In this document: positions 48,650-60,743 of the stretch, one piece after another
How positions within the stretch are numbered: position 1 is the first letter of the stretch
Layout of the letters: every line of letters begins with the position of its first letter
Source: Squalus acanthias
Lineage: Eukaryota
DNA: 64,000 nucleotides
Assembly: GCA_030390025.1 (NCBI GenBank)
Contig: CM059432.1
Location: forward strand, 140,866,001-140,930,000
Direction: 5' to 3'
Notes under the pieces: generated by a model
Databases searched by the model: none
Seen by the model: only the letters and a program-made list of their open reading frames with translations
What the model was told of the DNA's origin: nothing
Position numbers and translations under genes: made by a program

Positions 48650-49565
48650 AGGGGGGGGAAGGGCGTGTTTAGAGCGTGTGGGTAGTTAAGTTGTTAAAAA
48701 TCGGAGACCCGACCTGAACCAGCCTCCAACCGCCCAATTCCGGTATTGACGGGGGCGTGACGGGGCGTGACGGAGACGGTATGGGGGCAGGACAGGGGCG
48801 TGACGGGAGCAGGGTGGGACGGGGGTATGATGGGGCGGGACGGGAGCGGTACAGGGGCGGGACGAGGGGCGTGACGGGACGGGGGCGTGACGGGGCGTGA
48901 CGGGAGCGGTATGGGGGCAGGACGGGGGCGGTACGGGGCGGGATGGGGGCGTGACGGGGGCATGATGGGGCGTGACAGGAGCGGTATGGGGGCTGGACGG
49001 GGGCGGTACAGGGCGGGATGGGGGCGTGATGGGGCGTGACGGGAGCGGTATGGGGGCAGGACGGGAGCGGGGGCGTGACGGAGGCGGGCAACCAACCCGC
49101 TCCCAGGAGGTGGCACGTCAATTTACACTTTACACTGTCTCCTGGATCAAGCGTCCCTACCTAACACACCCCTCACGATTGGAGACTCCCGCTCGAGGCC
49201 TCCGATCGCCTTCCCAGACCCCACCTACCCCCCACTGATAATCCTGAGGCCAGGCCAATCCTCCGGTGGCTTTCCCCGATCTCTTGCTCCCCCTCCACGC
49301 CCCTGGTCCCACGACGGCCCCGATCGCTTGCTCCCCACCCCGATCCTCCTGGGGCCCAGCACCGGCCCCCACCCGATCCCTCCCTCCTTCCTCTGTGCGG
49401 CCTAGTGCCGCAGGCCTACCCGCCCGCAGCCAGCCAGCCAATCCGTCTGGCTGGCTGCGGGTAGGAAACAGATGCAGGGCCTGCGGGAAACTCGTTCTCC
49501 CGGGTTTCCTGCCCGCACTGGAGCCCCCCCACCACCAACCTGCCTTCCCCATGGAAATCCAGCCC
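48650..49565. mobile_element. Harbinger-like MITE relative with internal GC-rich minisatellite
   Basis: Right end GAAATCCAGCCC as in 5620-6438; left subterminal region similar to 5640-5715; left TIR not recognisable. Confidence 0.55.
48747..49090. repeat. GC-rich minisatellite (GGGGCGTGAC / GGGAGCGGTAT units)
   Basis: Visible imperfect ~10-bp subunits. Confidence 0.9.
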
Positions 49566-49659
49566 AATGTCCTTCCAAATGCCAGAATTTGTATCAAAAA
49601 TAACAAAGGCGGCCAGCTGAGCTTTTCAATCAGTGAGTAGCGCAACGGGCTTGTTGTTA

Positions 49660-49925
49660 GAGACGTTAAACCCAGGCCCCAACTGCCCTCTCAGGTGGAC
49701 ATAAAAAATCCCGCGCCACTCTTTCAAACAAGAGCAGGAGAGCTTTCCCAGTGTCCTAGCCAATATTTATCCCTCAACCAGCACCTTAGGAAAAAACAGA
49801 TTATCCGGTCATTATCACATTGCTGTTTGCGGGATCTTGCAAATTGACTGCCACGTTTCCAAAATTACAACAGTGACTACACTTAGAAGTACTTCATTGG
49901 CTGTGAAGCATTTTGGGCCGTCCTA
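49660..49925 (+). mobile_element. DeuSINE 3' part
   Basis: Matches other copies. Confidence 0.8.
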
Positions 49926-49989
49926 AGTTATCCCTTTGTTCTACTTTTGCTACTGTGATTTGTAGTGTGCAGCAACCAGAAGCATACAT

Positions 49990-50390
49990 GAGTATAGAAG
50001 ATTAAGGGGTGATCTAATTGAGGTGCTTAAGATGATTAAGAGATTCGATAGGGTAGATAGAGAGAAACAATTTCCTCTGGTGGAGGGAGTCCAGAACAGG
50101 GGGGCGTCACCTTAAAATTAGAGCGAGGCCGTTCAGGGGTGATGTCAGAAAGCACTTCCTCACACAAAGGGTGTGGAAATCTGGAACTCTCTCCCCCAAA
50201 AAAGCTGTCGAGGTTGGGGGTCAATTATAAATTTCAAAACTGAGATTGATGGATTTTTTGGGGTGAGGGTATGAAGGGATATGGAGCAAAGGCAGGTAAA
50301 TGGAGTTCAGGTACAGGTCTGCCATGATCTAAATGAATAGCTGAACAGGCTTGAGGAGCTGAATGGCCTAATCCTGTTCCGACGTTCCTT
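49990..50390 (+). mobile_element. CR1 LINE 3' end
   Basis: Same family as 24878-25350. Confidence 0.82.
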
Positions 50391-50443
50391 CCCTAGGCCT
50401 GTTGTAGTATCCCTAGAGCTATCCCAGATGGGAGCAACTAATA

Positions 50444-51009
50444 CAGGTTGAGCGTCCTGAATCCGGCAACCTTGGGACCGAGGCCGAGCCGGTTTTTGTG
50501 TTTTTCCGGACTTCGGAACGTGTTTCTGATGTCCGAAGTCTGGAAATATTGCAACTTGGGCTCGGGGCGTTTCCGGACGTCGGACATCAGAAACACGTTC
50601 CGAGTCCGGAAATGCCTGGGCCGCTCCGTGTAGCGCTGACGCGTTTCTCCGCCCCCTCCCCTTTTGTTAAAGGGGAGGGACGCTGCGAGCTCTGCAGAGC
50701 ATCCGATGGCCCACACTAGGCCACCAGGGCGGCGTGGTGCCGTGGCCGCAGCCTGGCGGAAACACTTAGTGGAGCTGTGCAGATTAAGGAGGATAAAACA
50801 CAACACTAAAGTTTTATTGCATCACTCGCATTTTTCATAGGATTTAAAAAAAAAAGACAACAAAAATTAATGGCTTTTTTGAAGTACAGGTTGAGCGTCC
50901 AAAATCCGGAGTTCCGGATTCCGGAACATTTTACGGATTCCGGACGACCCTGCCACCAATTGTCCCGGAGTCCGGATTCCAGAACTCCGGATTTTGGACG
51001 CTCAACCTG
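50444..51009. mobile_element. Tigger/pogo-like non-autonomous element with three TIR copies
   Basis: CAGGTTGAGCGTCC at 50444 and 50887, inverted copy ending 51009; each bordered by TA. Confidence 0.85.
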
Positions 51010-51090
51010 TACAGCATAAACTGGTAATCGAACTTGGGGGACCTGTTGGTTTTTTAAGGTGGTGCCATTGAGGAAACTCCCAGTGTATTG

Positions 51091-52013
51091 TGATGCGGAG
51101 ATGCTGGTGTTGGACTGGGGTGGACAAAAATGAGAAGTCGCACAACACCAGGTTATAGTCCAACAGTTTTATTTAAAATTACGAGCTTTCGGAGCTGCTG
51201 CTCCTTCGTCAGGTACAAGTACAGTGAGGGAATACAAATCGGCAGTATATATACACAGAGAGCAATTTGTCTGCAGAGATACAATCTGCCAGGAAGGCAT
51301 TACATCAAAGACACATCAGAGCACAGCCAAGACAATGAGATGGGTCACAGGGGGTCCAACGTGTCAAATCCTGCCGTCTGCAGTTGAGCTTTTAACTTTT
51401 TTGTTGTTTTTTGTTTGTTTGTTTTTTTGTGTGTTTTTTTTTAAAACTGGAAAGACAGACAACGATGTCGAGTCACGTTCTGTAGTGTGACATGAACCCG
51501 AGATCCCTGTTCAGGCCGTCCTCATGGGTGCGAAACTTGGCTATCAGTTTCTGCTCGATGATTTTGCGTTGTCGTGTGTCTCGAAGGCCGCCTTGGAGAA
51601 CGCTAACCCGCAGATCCGAGGCTGAATGTCCTTGACTGCTGAAGTGTTCCCCGACTGGGAGGTAACAATTCTGCCTGGCGATTGTTGCGCGGTGTCCGTT
51701 CATACGTTGTCTCAGTGTCTGCATGGTCTCGCCGATGTACCATGCTCTGGGGCATCCTTTCCTGCAACGTATGAGGTAGACAACGTTGGCCGAGTCACAT
51801 GAGTATGTACCATGTACCTGGTGGGTAGTGTCCTCACGTGTGATGATGGTATCTGTGTTGATGATCTGGCATGTCTTGCAGAGGTTGCCATGGCAGGGTT
51901 GTGTGGTGTCGTGGTCGCTGTTCTCCTGACAGTTGGGTAATTTGCTGCGAACGATGGTACTTTTGAGGTTAGGCGGCTGCTTGAAGGCGAGTAGTGGAGG
52001 CGTGGGGATGGCC
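51091..52013 (-). mobile_element. Penelope-like retroelement 3' part (GIY-YIG endonuclease + pLTR)
   Basis: PLLAFKQPPNLK...CKTC...NVVYLIRC...YIGET...LRQRMNGH...EHF...GLN; terminal repeat shared with 60744-61089. Confidence 0.93.
51180..51215 (-). ncRNA. Minimal type I hammerhead ribozyme motif
   Basis: UAC-CUGACGA-A-GGAGC-AGCA-GCUCC-GAA-AGCU-C-GUA in the Penelope pLTR. Confidence 0.75.
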
Positions 52014-52464
52014 TTATTGTGACAGACCTTTGAACGATATAAAAATGATTCCTTTATGAAATGCATCGTAGTGGTAGGGAGTGGCTTTGAAAAAGGTCGT
52101 TTTCCGAGAAACTCATGATCCTCTTTGCAGCAAGTTGCACAAAAGTGGCCGTTTTATTTTTGTGCGTGCTGAAAATCCTCCAGTTGTGTTTGGACAGATG
52201 TTGTACAGATGTGGCGGTTGCTATTTTTAAACTGTGAAATGCTCGAGAATGCCGAGGAATCCAGGTGCCCCACTTCCTTATAGAGAGAAATAACCAAGGG
52301 TTTGAATGGAGACACTAATTCTTCTTAATGACCCTTGACGTTTCACAGTTTACTGCATAGTTCTTCTGATTGTAGCTGTATAGTACGCACTCAGTAGACT
52401 TGAACTGTTTAGGGTGGCCAGGGCTATTGTAGGTCCAACTCTTTGTTCAGAAGGGTTACTCATT

Positions 52465-52895
52465 GATTTTTTTTTTTCATTTGTTCACGAGGTGTGGGCG
52501 TCGTTGGCAAGGCCAGCATTTATTGTCCATCCCTAGTTGCCCTCGAGAAGGTGGTGGTGAGCCGCCTTCTTGAACCACTGCAGTCCGTGTGGTGAAGGTA
52601 CTCCCACAGTGCTGTTAGGGAGGGAGTTCCAGGATTTTCACCCAGCGACGATGAAGGATCGGCCGATATACTTCTAAGTCAGGATGGTGTGTGACTTGGA
52701 GGGGAACTTGGAGGTGGTGGTGTTTCCATGCGCCTGCTGCCCTTGTCCTTCTAGGTGGAAGAGGTCGCGGGTTTGGGAGGTGCTGCCGAAGAAGCCTTGG
52801 CGAGTTGCTGCAGTGCATCTTGTAGATGGTACACACTGCAGCCATGGTGCGCCGGTGGTGGAGGGAGTGAATGTTTAAGGTGGTGGATGGGGATT
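52465..52895 (-). mobile_element. Zenon-like LINE 3' end, second copy
   Basis: Reverse complement of ~2505-2925. Confidence 0.8.
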
Positions 52896-53299
52896 TATGT
52901 TCAGTTGGACTTGTGGCAGCCAATTTCTTTTTCAGTCACTGTTTTCAAACCAGCTGTGCCCCACACAAGGGAGATTTATCAGGTATGGTATCAGTGAAAG
53001 AATGCAAGAAGTTATTGTTTTCACCATTGGAGTGTCACAGTGTGAAATAATGCAGCCATTATTATTTTTTGTAAAAACCGAATTTTTCAGTGTGATTGAT
53101 TTGACTTGAGATTGTAAAATTGTTGCATGAAAATGGGCAACAGGGACTTGAAAATTCCCGTGTGTAATGTGTGAGATTTGACATCAAGCTGATTCATTAT
53201 GGATGAGAAGGACAGTGTAGTGGTTTATGTCTGGACTGCTTGCATCTCAAGACTCGAATTCAGATCCTGCCAAGGGACAGTTGGCTGTATCAGCATAGT

Positions 53300-53725
53300 T
53301 GGTCGTGGGTTCAAGTCCCACACCAGAGACTTGAGCACAAAATCCAGGCTGACGCTCCCAGTGCAGTACTGAGGGAGTGCTGCACTGTCGGAGGTGCCGT
53401 CTTTCGGATGAGACGTTAAAACGAGGCCCCGTCTGCTCTCTCAGGTGGGCATAAAAAAATCCCACAGCACTATTTCGAAGAAGAACAGGAAAGTCCTCCC
53501 CGGTGTCCTGGCCAATATTTATCCCTCAACCAACAACACTAAAAACAGATTAATCTGGTCATTATCACATTGCTGTTTGTGGGACCTTGCTGTGCGCAAA
53601 TTGGCTGTCGCATTTCCTACATTACAACAGTGACTACTCTTCAAAAGTACTTCATTGGCTGTAAAGCGCTTTGGGACGTCCTGAAGTTGTGAAAGGCGCT
53701 ATAGAAATGCAAGCTCTTTCTTTCT
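53300..53725 (+). mobile_element. DeuSINE, near complete
   Basis: B-box GGTTCAAGTCC, core and tail. Confidence 0.87.
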
Positions 53726-54119
53726 TCAGTCCCATTAGAGGTTAATGCTTCAGCTATTGACTTGTGAATGCTTGTGCACTCTGTCCAGGTCCTTAGTGTA
53801 AATGTATTGCCTATTGTCAAGGCAACTTTCAGTTGAATGAAAGAACTGAATGCTGTGGGGAAGTGTACTGTTTTGCTTATTGTCCACATTGACAAGCTTG
53901 TTTACTATATCTGTAGGAAGGGATTTGGATCATACTGAAGCAGGCACTTTGTCAAACTGCTTGACTGTGCATTAATTATCTGAAATGGTATCTATGGCTA
54001 CAGCCAGGGTGGGAACCATTTTAAATAAATGACATGTCTTTGCAATCAGTCGCATGAAAGGTTGTTTGCATTGGTGTAAAACTATCAAATACATATTGTG
54101 TGTATAAAATATCGATTTA

Positions 54120-55365
54120 AAGAAAGAAAGAGGTTGCATTTATACAGCGCCTTTCACGACCTCAGGACGTTCCAAAGCGTTTACAGCCAATGAAGTACTT
54201 TTGAAGTGTAGTCACTGTTGTAATGTGGGGATAGAGCGGGGGAATGGGACTGACTGGATTGCTCTACAGAAAGCCGGCACGGATTCGATGGGCCAAATGG
54301 CCTCCTTCTGTGCCGTTATGACTCTATGGGGGAGAAATTCGGTATCGCCCCGTTTGGAGCGCAGTTATCGGCTGGGCGCAAAGTTTAGCGCCTGGCGCTA
54401 ATTATCGCCTCTGACTGCAAACTTGGCTTCTATCGCCCCTGGAGGTGATTGGAGCGCTAAATCAGGTGCTACCCACCTCTCTTAAGGCGCTAACGCCGAG
54501 GAGCGAGGCGCTAACTCAGGGCGCTGGCGAAGCTCATGTGACGTCAGTCAGCAATGGAACACAGACACACTGGCGCCGGCCAATTCTTAAAGGGGAGGGT
54601 CGATCTTGCTCTCCATCCAGAGACCTGTACATCAAATCTGCTGGAAAGAACAATGGAGAGACCCAGGGAAAGAGCTCAGAGTGCAGCCCCCATAGTCTCT
54701 TCTAAATCGATGCAAGGAAGGTCAAATCAAAATGAACCTGCAAAGTGCTGCTCAGTACCCAAAACTCCTTCACACAGCGTTGAATTTCTCCAGAAGTCTC
54801 TCTCTCAGAATCCGTAGTGCAAAAATGTCGCCGACAAAAAAAGTTAGGAAGCGGCCGCCTTTAAATAGCGCTCCCCCAGTCCCTGCCCGACTGCAAAACG
54901 CTCCCCTCAACCTGTCGTTGCTAGCGGCTGGTGGAAAGGCAGGGGGCGTCACTCAATATCCGGTCCGGGGCGTTGCACGCTCGACTGACGTCACGATCTG
55001 CGGGCGCAGGAGATCGTGGCGGTAGTGTTTAGCGCCGCCTCAAAATGTCTGGTCAATTTTGCGAGCGGCGCAAACATCGCCGCACCCGGGCGCTAGTTGC
55101 TTTGCGCCCCATTAGCGCCCTCTAACAGGAGGCGCAAAGTAACCGAATTTTTCCCCCTATGACTCTAATGTAGAAAACGCGGCAACCAATTTGCGCACAG
55201 CAAGCTCCCACAAACAGCAATGTGACAAATCACCGGATAATCTGTTTTAGTGTTATTGGTTGAGGCATAAGTATTGGCCAGGACACCAGGAAGAACTCCC
55301 CTGCTCTTCTTCAGAATAGTGCTATGGGATCTGTTACGTCCACGTGAGAGGACAGACGGGGCCTT
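54120..55365 (-). mobile_element. DeuSINE split by a CR1 tail that itself carries a MITE
   Basis: SINE 54120-54226 resumes at 55166; TAATGT duplicated at 54221-26 and 55166-71. Confidence 0.82.
54328..55157. mobile_element. PIF/Harbinger MITE (830 bp)
   Basis: TIR GGGGGAGAAATTCGGT / ACCGAATTTTTCCCCC (15/16); 3-bp TSD TAT; subterminal blocks shared with Harbinger copies A and B. Confidence 0.9.
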
Positions 55366-56169
55366 GGCTGCTCGGGAGGACTTTGGACCTATGGTGGCCA
55401 AAGCGCTCCACCACTGGGGGTTTTCCTCGCCTCATGTCTGGGTCTGTTGTAGACTAATCGATAGAGATCGATTGCTGTGAATAGTTAACAACCCCATTGT
55501 CGTCGTATCATTCGACTGCCAGGATGGTAGAAGGCGAACTAGATGGACCGTGGTCTTTATTTTTCCTCTCGCAATTCCTAGAAGTTACAGCACTTAAGCT
55601 TAATGTTTGGCTTTCAGGGGTTGCAGTGAGGTAAGATGCACATAGCGGCATGCTTGCAGCAGTGGAAGAGCGCTGGTGGACAGGACTGCCGAGCGGAGCT
55701 TCTCCTCCCCTTTAAAGTCAGAACAGCAACCCTTTCTGTTCTGACCACTGGCGAGAGTTAGTGAGCACTGCTGGCAGTACGAAGACCTTTGCTGATTCAG
55801 AGGCCAGTGGCAAGGCTGTAACTAAGGGCCTCTTTGATGATGACAGCTTTGTGTGGCTTTGCGCCAGTCTGTGGCGCAGAGTTCTCCCGTGCTGCTGGGG
55901 CTTCACTTGACCCTTTGTTTTAATGCTTAGTGGCCGTGCTAATCCTGTGGTGGCATTTCAGTCGGCTCCAGTGCAACATTACAATGTAATGAAAGCGGTT
56001 GTGGAAACGTGCAGTTTGAAGCATGTTCCCAGTTCTGCGCGGTGACTGTGCTCTTCGGATTTTATTAAGCGATGCGAGACTAGGACTTTGATTAGCACAA
56101 TTAACATGACTATCGTACATCGATCTTAACTTCAGTCAACTTTAACATTTCACGGAATGCACAATCTTG

Positions 56170-56675
56170 AATTACATACAATGTGCAGCACAGAAACAGC
56201 CCCAACAGGTCCACGCTGGTGTTTATGCTCCACACGAGTCTCCTCCCACCCCTCTTCCTCCCACCCTCAGCGTATCCTTCTATTCCTTTCTCCCTCATGT
56301 GTTTATCTAACTTCCCCTTAAATGTATCTATGTTATTCACCTCAACCACTCCTTGTGGTAGCGAGTTCCACATTCTCACCACACTCTGGGTAAAGAAGTT
56401 TCTCCTGAATTCCCTGTTGGATGTATTAGTGACTATCTTATATTTATGGCCCCTAGTTTTTGTCTCCCCCACAAGTGGAAACATCTTCTCTACGTCTACC
56501 CTATCGAACCCTTTCATAATTTTAAAGACCTCGATCAGGTCACCCCTCAGCCTTCTCTTTTCTAGAGAAAAGAGCCCCAGCCTGTTCAGTCTTTCCTGAC
56601 AGTTCTAACCTCTCAGTTCTGGTATCATTCTGGTTAAAAAAAAAATTGCACCTTCTCCAGTGCCTCTATATCCTT
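56170..56675 (-). mobile_element. CR1 LINE 3' end
   Basis: ORF 56110-56517 KMFPLVGETKTRGHKYK...WNSLP. Confidence 0.88.
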
Positions 56676-57819
56676 TTCATATAATTTTATATAATAATAA
56701 TAGCATAATCTTGACAACAACAGACACCAATACAAAAGGTAATGAAGCAGCCTAAGAACTTAGATGGCCACTTACTAAGAAAGGGAGACAATTAAAGACA
56801 TTCACAGTTGGAGAGTGCTGTTAAACTTTGTATGGAAGTGATCTGAATCCCAAATGGTTTTTTGCAGCAAGCCAGTATTTGCAGGATGTCTTCAATTCTT
56901 TGTTTCTCAAACTAAATGGGATTCAAACACAGCATTTGAACATTGCCAGGCACGGCTCAGGGTACAGCTAAGGGCACCTTTACTGTACCAACCCACCCCT
57001 GTCAACACCCCCCCCCCCCACACACACTCTGCTACCCTTCCCCCTTCCCCACCCCTCCACCCACCACCACCCCCACCCCCAACTCGCCGACCCTCCCCCG
57101 ATACGCAACCACCGTTGACTTTGAGATTTGGGACGGAATCAGGGAGTCGACTTGTGGCCGTGAGTCCTGACCTCCTGCACTCACGGCAACAGAGCAGGGT
57201 CGCAGGAATATCGGACCTGTGGGGTAGGGGGTGGGGGCGGCAAGCTTGGTCCCAAGGGGCAACGCAAAACAGGCGATAGCGAATTGCCCGCCCATGTTAC
57301 ACATCAACGGAGAGGAAAATCGGGCAGCGGGTAAAGCGGGGCTGGCGATTCGCTGTCGCCCGGGTTGAGTAAGCGCCCCAGACCAATCTCACCGCCATAG
57401 TTTCCAAGAAGCAAGTGAACAAAGCTGGTAAGTAAAGGCAGTGAGCTGCGGTTATGGCAAACAGCGAACTTGGATCTGACAGCTGAGAATTAACTATCTA
57501 TTGAAATAAATGCAGTGAGGCCCTTTAATTTGCCAGCAACCACATTTGCACTGGATCACAAATTGTTTTCCAATTTAAGATGATTGGTAGCGATTCTTGC
57601 TTTACCACCCCCGCCCCCCCCCCCGACACTTTGAGTGATTCATCAATAAGTGACTTGCTGCACCAGCTTGACACAGGCAGCCAGTGCGATTTTAAGGGTT
57701 AGAACAAGTTGCTTAAACAGCAAGTTGTTGACAGTGACCTTCAGAAGACTGTCAGAAATTTCCACATAGTGTCTGCTGCTGTTATTAGGAATCTGCAGGC
57801 GTTGTCAAAAAAAAACGTA

Positions 57820-58240
57820 TGACCAGATAATCTGTTTTAGTGATATTGGTTCAGGAATAAATGTTGGGCCAGGTCACCAGGGAGAACTCCCCTGCTCTTT
57901 GAATAGTGCCTTGGGATCTTTTACATCCACCTGAGAGGGCAGACGGGGCCTTGGTTTAGAATCATAGAATTATAGAATAGTACGGCACAGACGAGTCTGC
58001 GCCAGCTCTTTCGAAGAGCAATCCAGATAGTCCCACCCCCACGTTCTTTCCCCATATCCCTGCAGTTTTTTCTCTGTTTAACGACTCATCCAAAAGACGG
58101 CACCTCTGACAGTGCAGCACTCCCTCGCCACTGCACTGGGAGTGTCAGCCCAGATTATGTGCTCAAGACTCTGGAGTGGGACTATGAACAAACAAACTTC
58201 TGACACGGAGGCTAGAGTGCTACCCACGGAACCATGGCCG
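57820..58240 (-). mobile_element. DeuSINE interrupted by a short CR1 tail (~57959-58075)
   Basis: GTTTA flanks the insert on both sides; SINE core resumes at ACGACTCATCC. Confidence 0.78.
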
Positions 58241-59860
58241 ACAAATCCCCGGACCTGATGGCCTGCATCCGAGGGTTTTGAAAGAGGTGGCTATAGAGAT
58301 AGTGGATGCATTGGTTGTCAGTTTCCAAAATTCCATAGATTCTAGAACGGTTCCCGTGGATTGGAAGGTAGCAAATGTTACCCCACTGTTTAAGAAAGGA
58401 GGGAGAGAGAAAACAGGGAACTACAGACCAGTTAGCCTGACATCAGTAGTAGGGAAAATGCTAGAATCTATTATTAAGGATCAGGGCACTTAGAAAATAA
58501 TAATAGGATTGGGCAGAGTCAACACGGATTTATGAAAGGGAAATCGTGTTTGACGAATCTGTTAGAGTTTTTTGAGATTGTAACTAGCAGAATAGATAAG
58601 GGGGAACCAGTGGATGTGGTGTATTTGGATTTTCAGAAGGCATTTGATAAGGTGCCACACAAGAGGTTATTAAACAAAATTAGGGCTCATGGGATTGGGG
58701 ATAATATACTAGCATGGATTGAGGATTGGTTAACGGACAGAAAACAGAGAGTAGGAATAAACGGGTAATTTTCAGGTTGGCAGGCTGTAACTAGTGGGGT
58801 ACCGCAAGGATCGGTGCTTGGGCCTCAGCTATTCACAATCTATATCAATGATTTGGATGAGGGGACCAAATGTAATGTATCCAAGTTTGCTGATGATACA
58901 AAGCTGGGTGGGAATGTAAGTTGTGAGAAGGATGCAGAGGCTTCAAGGGGATATAGACAGGCTAAGTGGAGGATGCAAAGGCTTCAAGGGGATATAGACA
59001 GGCTAAGTGAATGGGCAAGAACATGGCAAATGGAATATAATGTGGAGAAATGTGAAGCTATCCACTTTGGTAGGAAAAATAGAAAAGCAGAGTATTTTTT
59101 AAATGGTGAGAGATTGGGAAATGTTGGTGTTCAGAGGGACCTGGGTGTCCTTGTACACGAATCACTGAAAGTTAACATGCAGGTACAGCAAGCAATTAGG
59201 AAAGCAAATGGTATCTTGGCCTTTATTACAAGAGGATTTGAGTATAAGAGTAAAGACGTCTTACTGCAATTATATAGGGCCCTGGTGAGACCACACCTGG
59301 AGTATTGCGTACAGTTTTGGTCTCCTTACCTAAGGAAGGGTATACTTGCCATAGAGGGAGTGCAACGAAAGTTCACCGAATTGATTCCTGGGATGGGGGG
59401 ATTGTCCTATGAGGAGAGATTGAGTAGACTAGGCTTATATTCTCTAGAGTTTAGAAAAATGAAAGATGATCGCATTGAAACATACAAAATTCTGACAGGG
59501 CTTGACAGGGTAGATGCAGGGAGGATATTTCCCCTGGCTGGGGAATCTAGAACCAGGGGTCACAGTCTCAGAATAAGGGGTCGGTCATTTAGGACTGAGA
59601 TGAGGAGAAATTTCTTCACTCAGAGGGTGGTGAATCTTTGGAATTCTCTACCCCAGAGGGCTGTGGAGGCTCAGTCGTTGAGTATATTCAAGACAGAGAT
59701 CGATAGATTTTTGGATATTAAGGGAATCAAGGCATATGGGGATAGTGCAGGAAAGTGGAGTTGAGATAGAAGATCAGCCATGATCTTATTGAATGGCAGA
59801 GCAGGCTCAAGGGGCCAAATGGCCGACTCCTGCTGCTATTTCTTATGTTCTTATGTTCTC
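58240..59860 (+). mobile_element. 5'-truncated CR1 LINE (RT to tail)
   Basis: ORFs 58278-58493, 58532-58768 and 58814-59764 with RT motifs; (TTATGTTC)n tail. Confidence 0.95.
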
Positions 59861-60411
59861 ATAACACCGTAAACAGAAGTAAGACTAATGCGTCTGACAT
59901 TGTCCGTGTCTGCTTTGTTACCCTTTTTGTATATGGGAAGCGCAATAGCCTGTTTCCGATCTTCTGTTACCTCCTCAGTGTCTATCGACTCCCTCAGTCA
60001 GTGCCTCACAAAACCTCTTGCCTGGTTGCTTTCTGCAATCTGGGATAAATGCCAGCTATCCCTGGGGATTTATTTGTTTTGAGCCCGATTAGCCTGTCAT
60101 TTTATGACAAAGTCATTGATTTTACTTGAGATATCTTTGTGCGGAGAGAGGCTATTGTTGCTCTTGTCTTCCCCTGGTGAATACATGAAGGAAGTCGCCA
60201 TCCAGATGATTTACTATGCTGTGCTCGTCCTCGGTTTCAAGCCCGTTTGCATCTTTGCTGGTTTCTACCTCTGCTCTGACTGTCCCTTTGCTGTTGTGGT
60301 ACACTGGACAAAGCTGTTTACCGCCGCACCGTGCAGCAATATGCCGCTGCATCTGTTACACCACGACAGTGATTTTCAGGGGCAGATTTTTCTCTCTCCA
60401 TTCATTTTAGC

Positions 60412-60672
60412 GAAACAACAACTTGCATTTATATAGCGCCTTTAACGCAGTCAAACCTTCCTCCGGCTCTTCACAAGGGGGCGCGATCAGACAATGTGTG
60501 ACACCAAGTCACACCAGGAGACATCGGGACAGGTGACAAAGCTGGATCACAGAGGTCGGTTTTAAGGAGCGACTCGAAGGAGGAGAGGGAGGCAGAGAGG
60601 TTGAAGGAGGGAATTCCAGAACTTGGGGGCCCAGGCAGCTGAAGGCTCGGCCGCCAATGGTGGAGCGAATGA
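60412..60672 (-). mobile_element. L2-type LINE 3' end
   Basis: RSTIGGRAFSCLGP; (CAA)n tail. Confidence 0.8.
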
Positions 60673-60743
60673 AACAAAAATAACGAAGCAAGTAAAAGGT
60701 GGTGTTTCCCAGGTCACCTCAATCCAAGGCCGACAGAAATAAA

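Noticed and set aside
48669..49645. Pro/Arg-rich ORFs
   Set aside because: Arise from a GC-rich minisatellite and MITE sequence; no domain motifs
60104..60436. ORF containing EYMKEV, reminiscent of syntrophin exon 3 (KYMRE/KYMKD)
   Set aside because: No similarity beyond ~5 residues and no proper AG acceptor before it; exon 3 probably lies beyond the window
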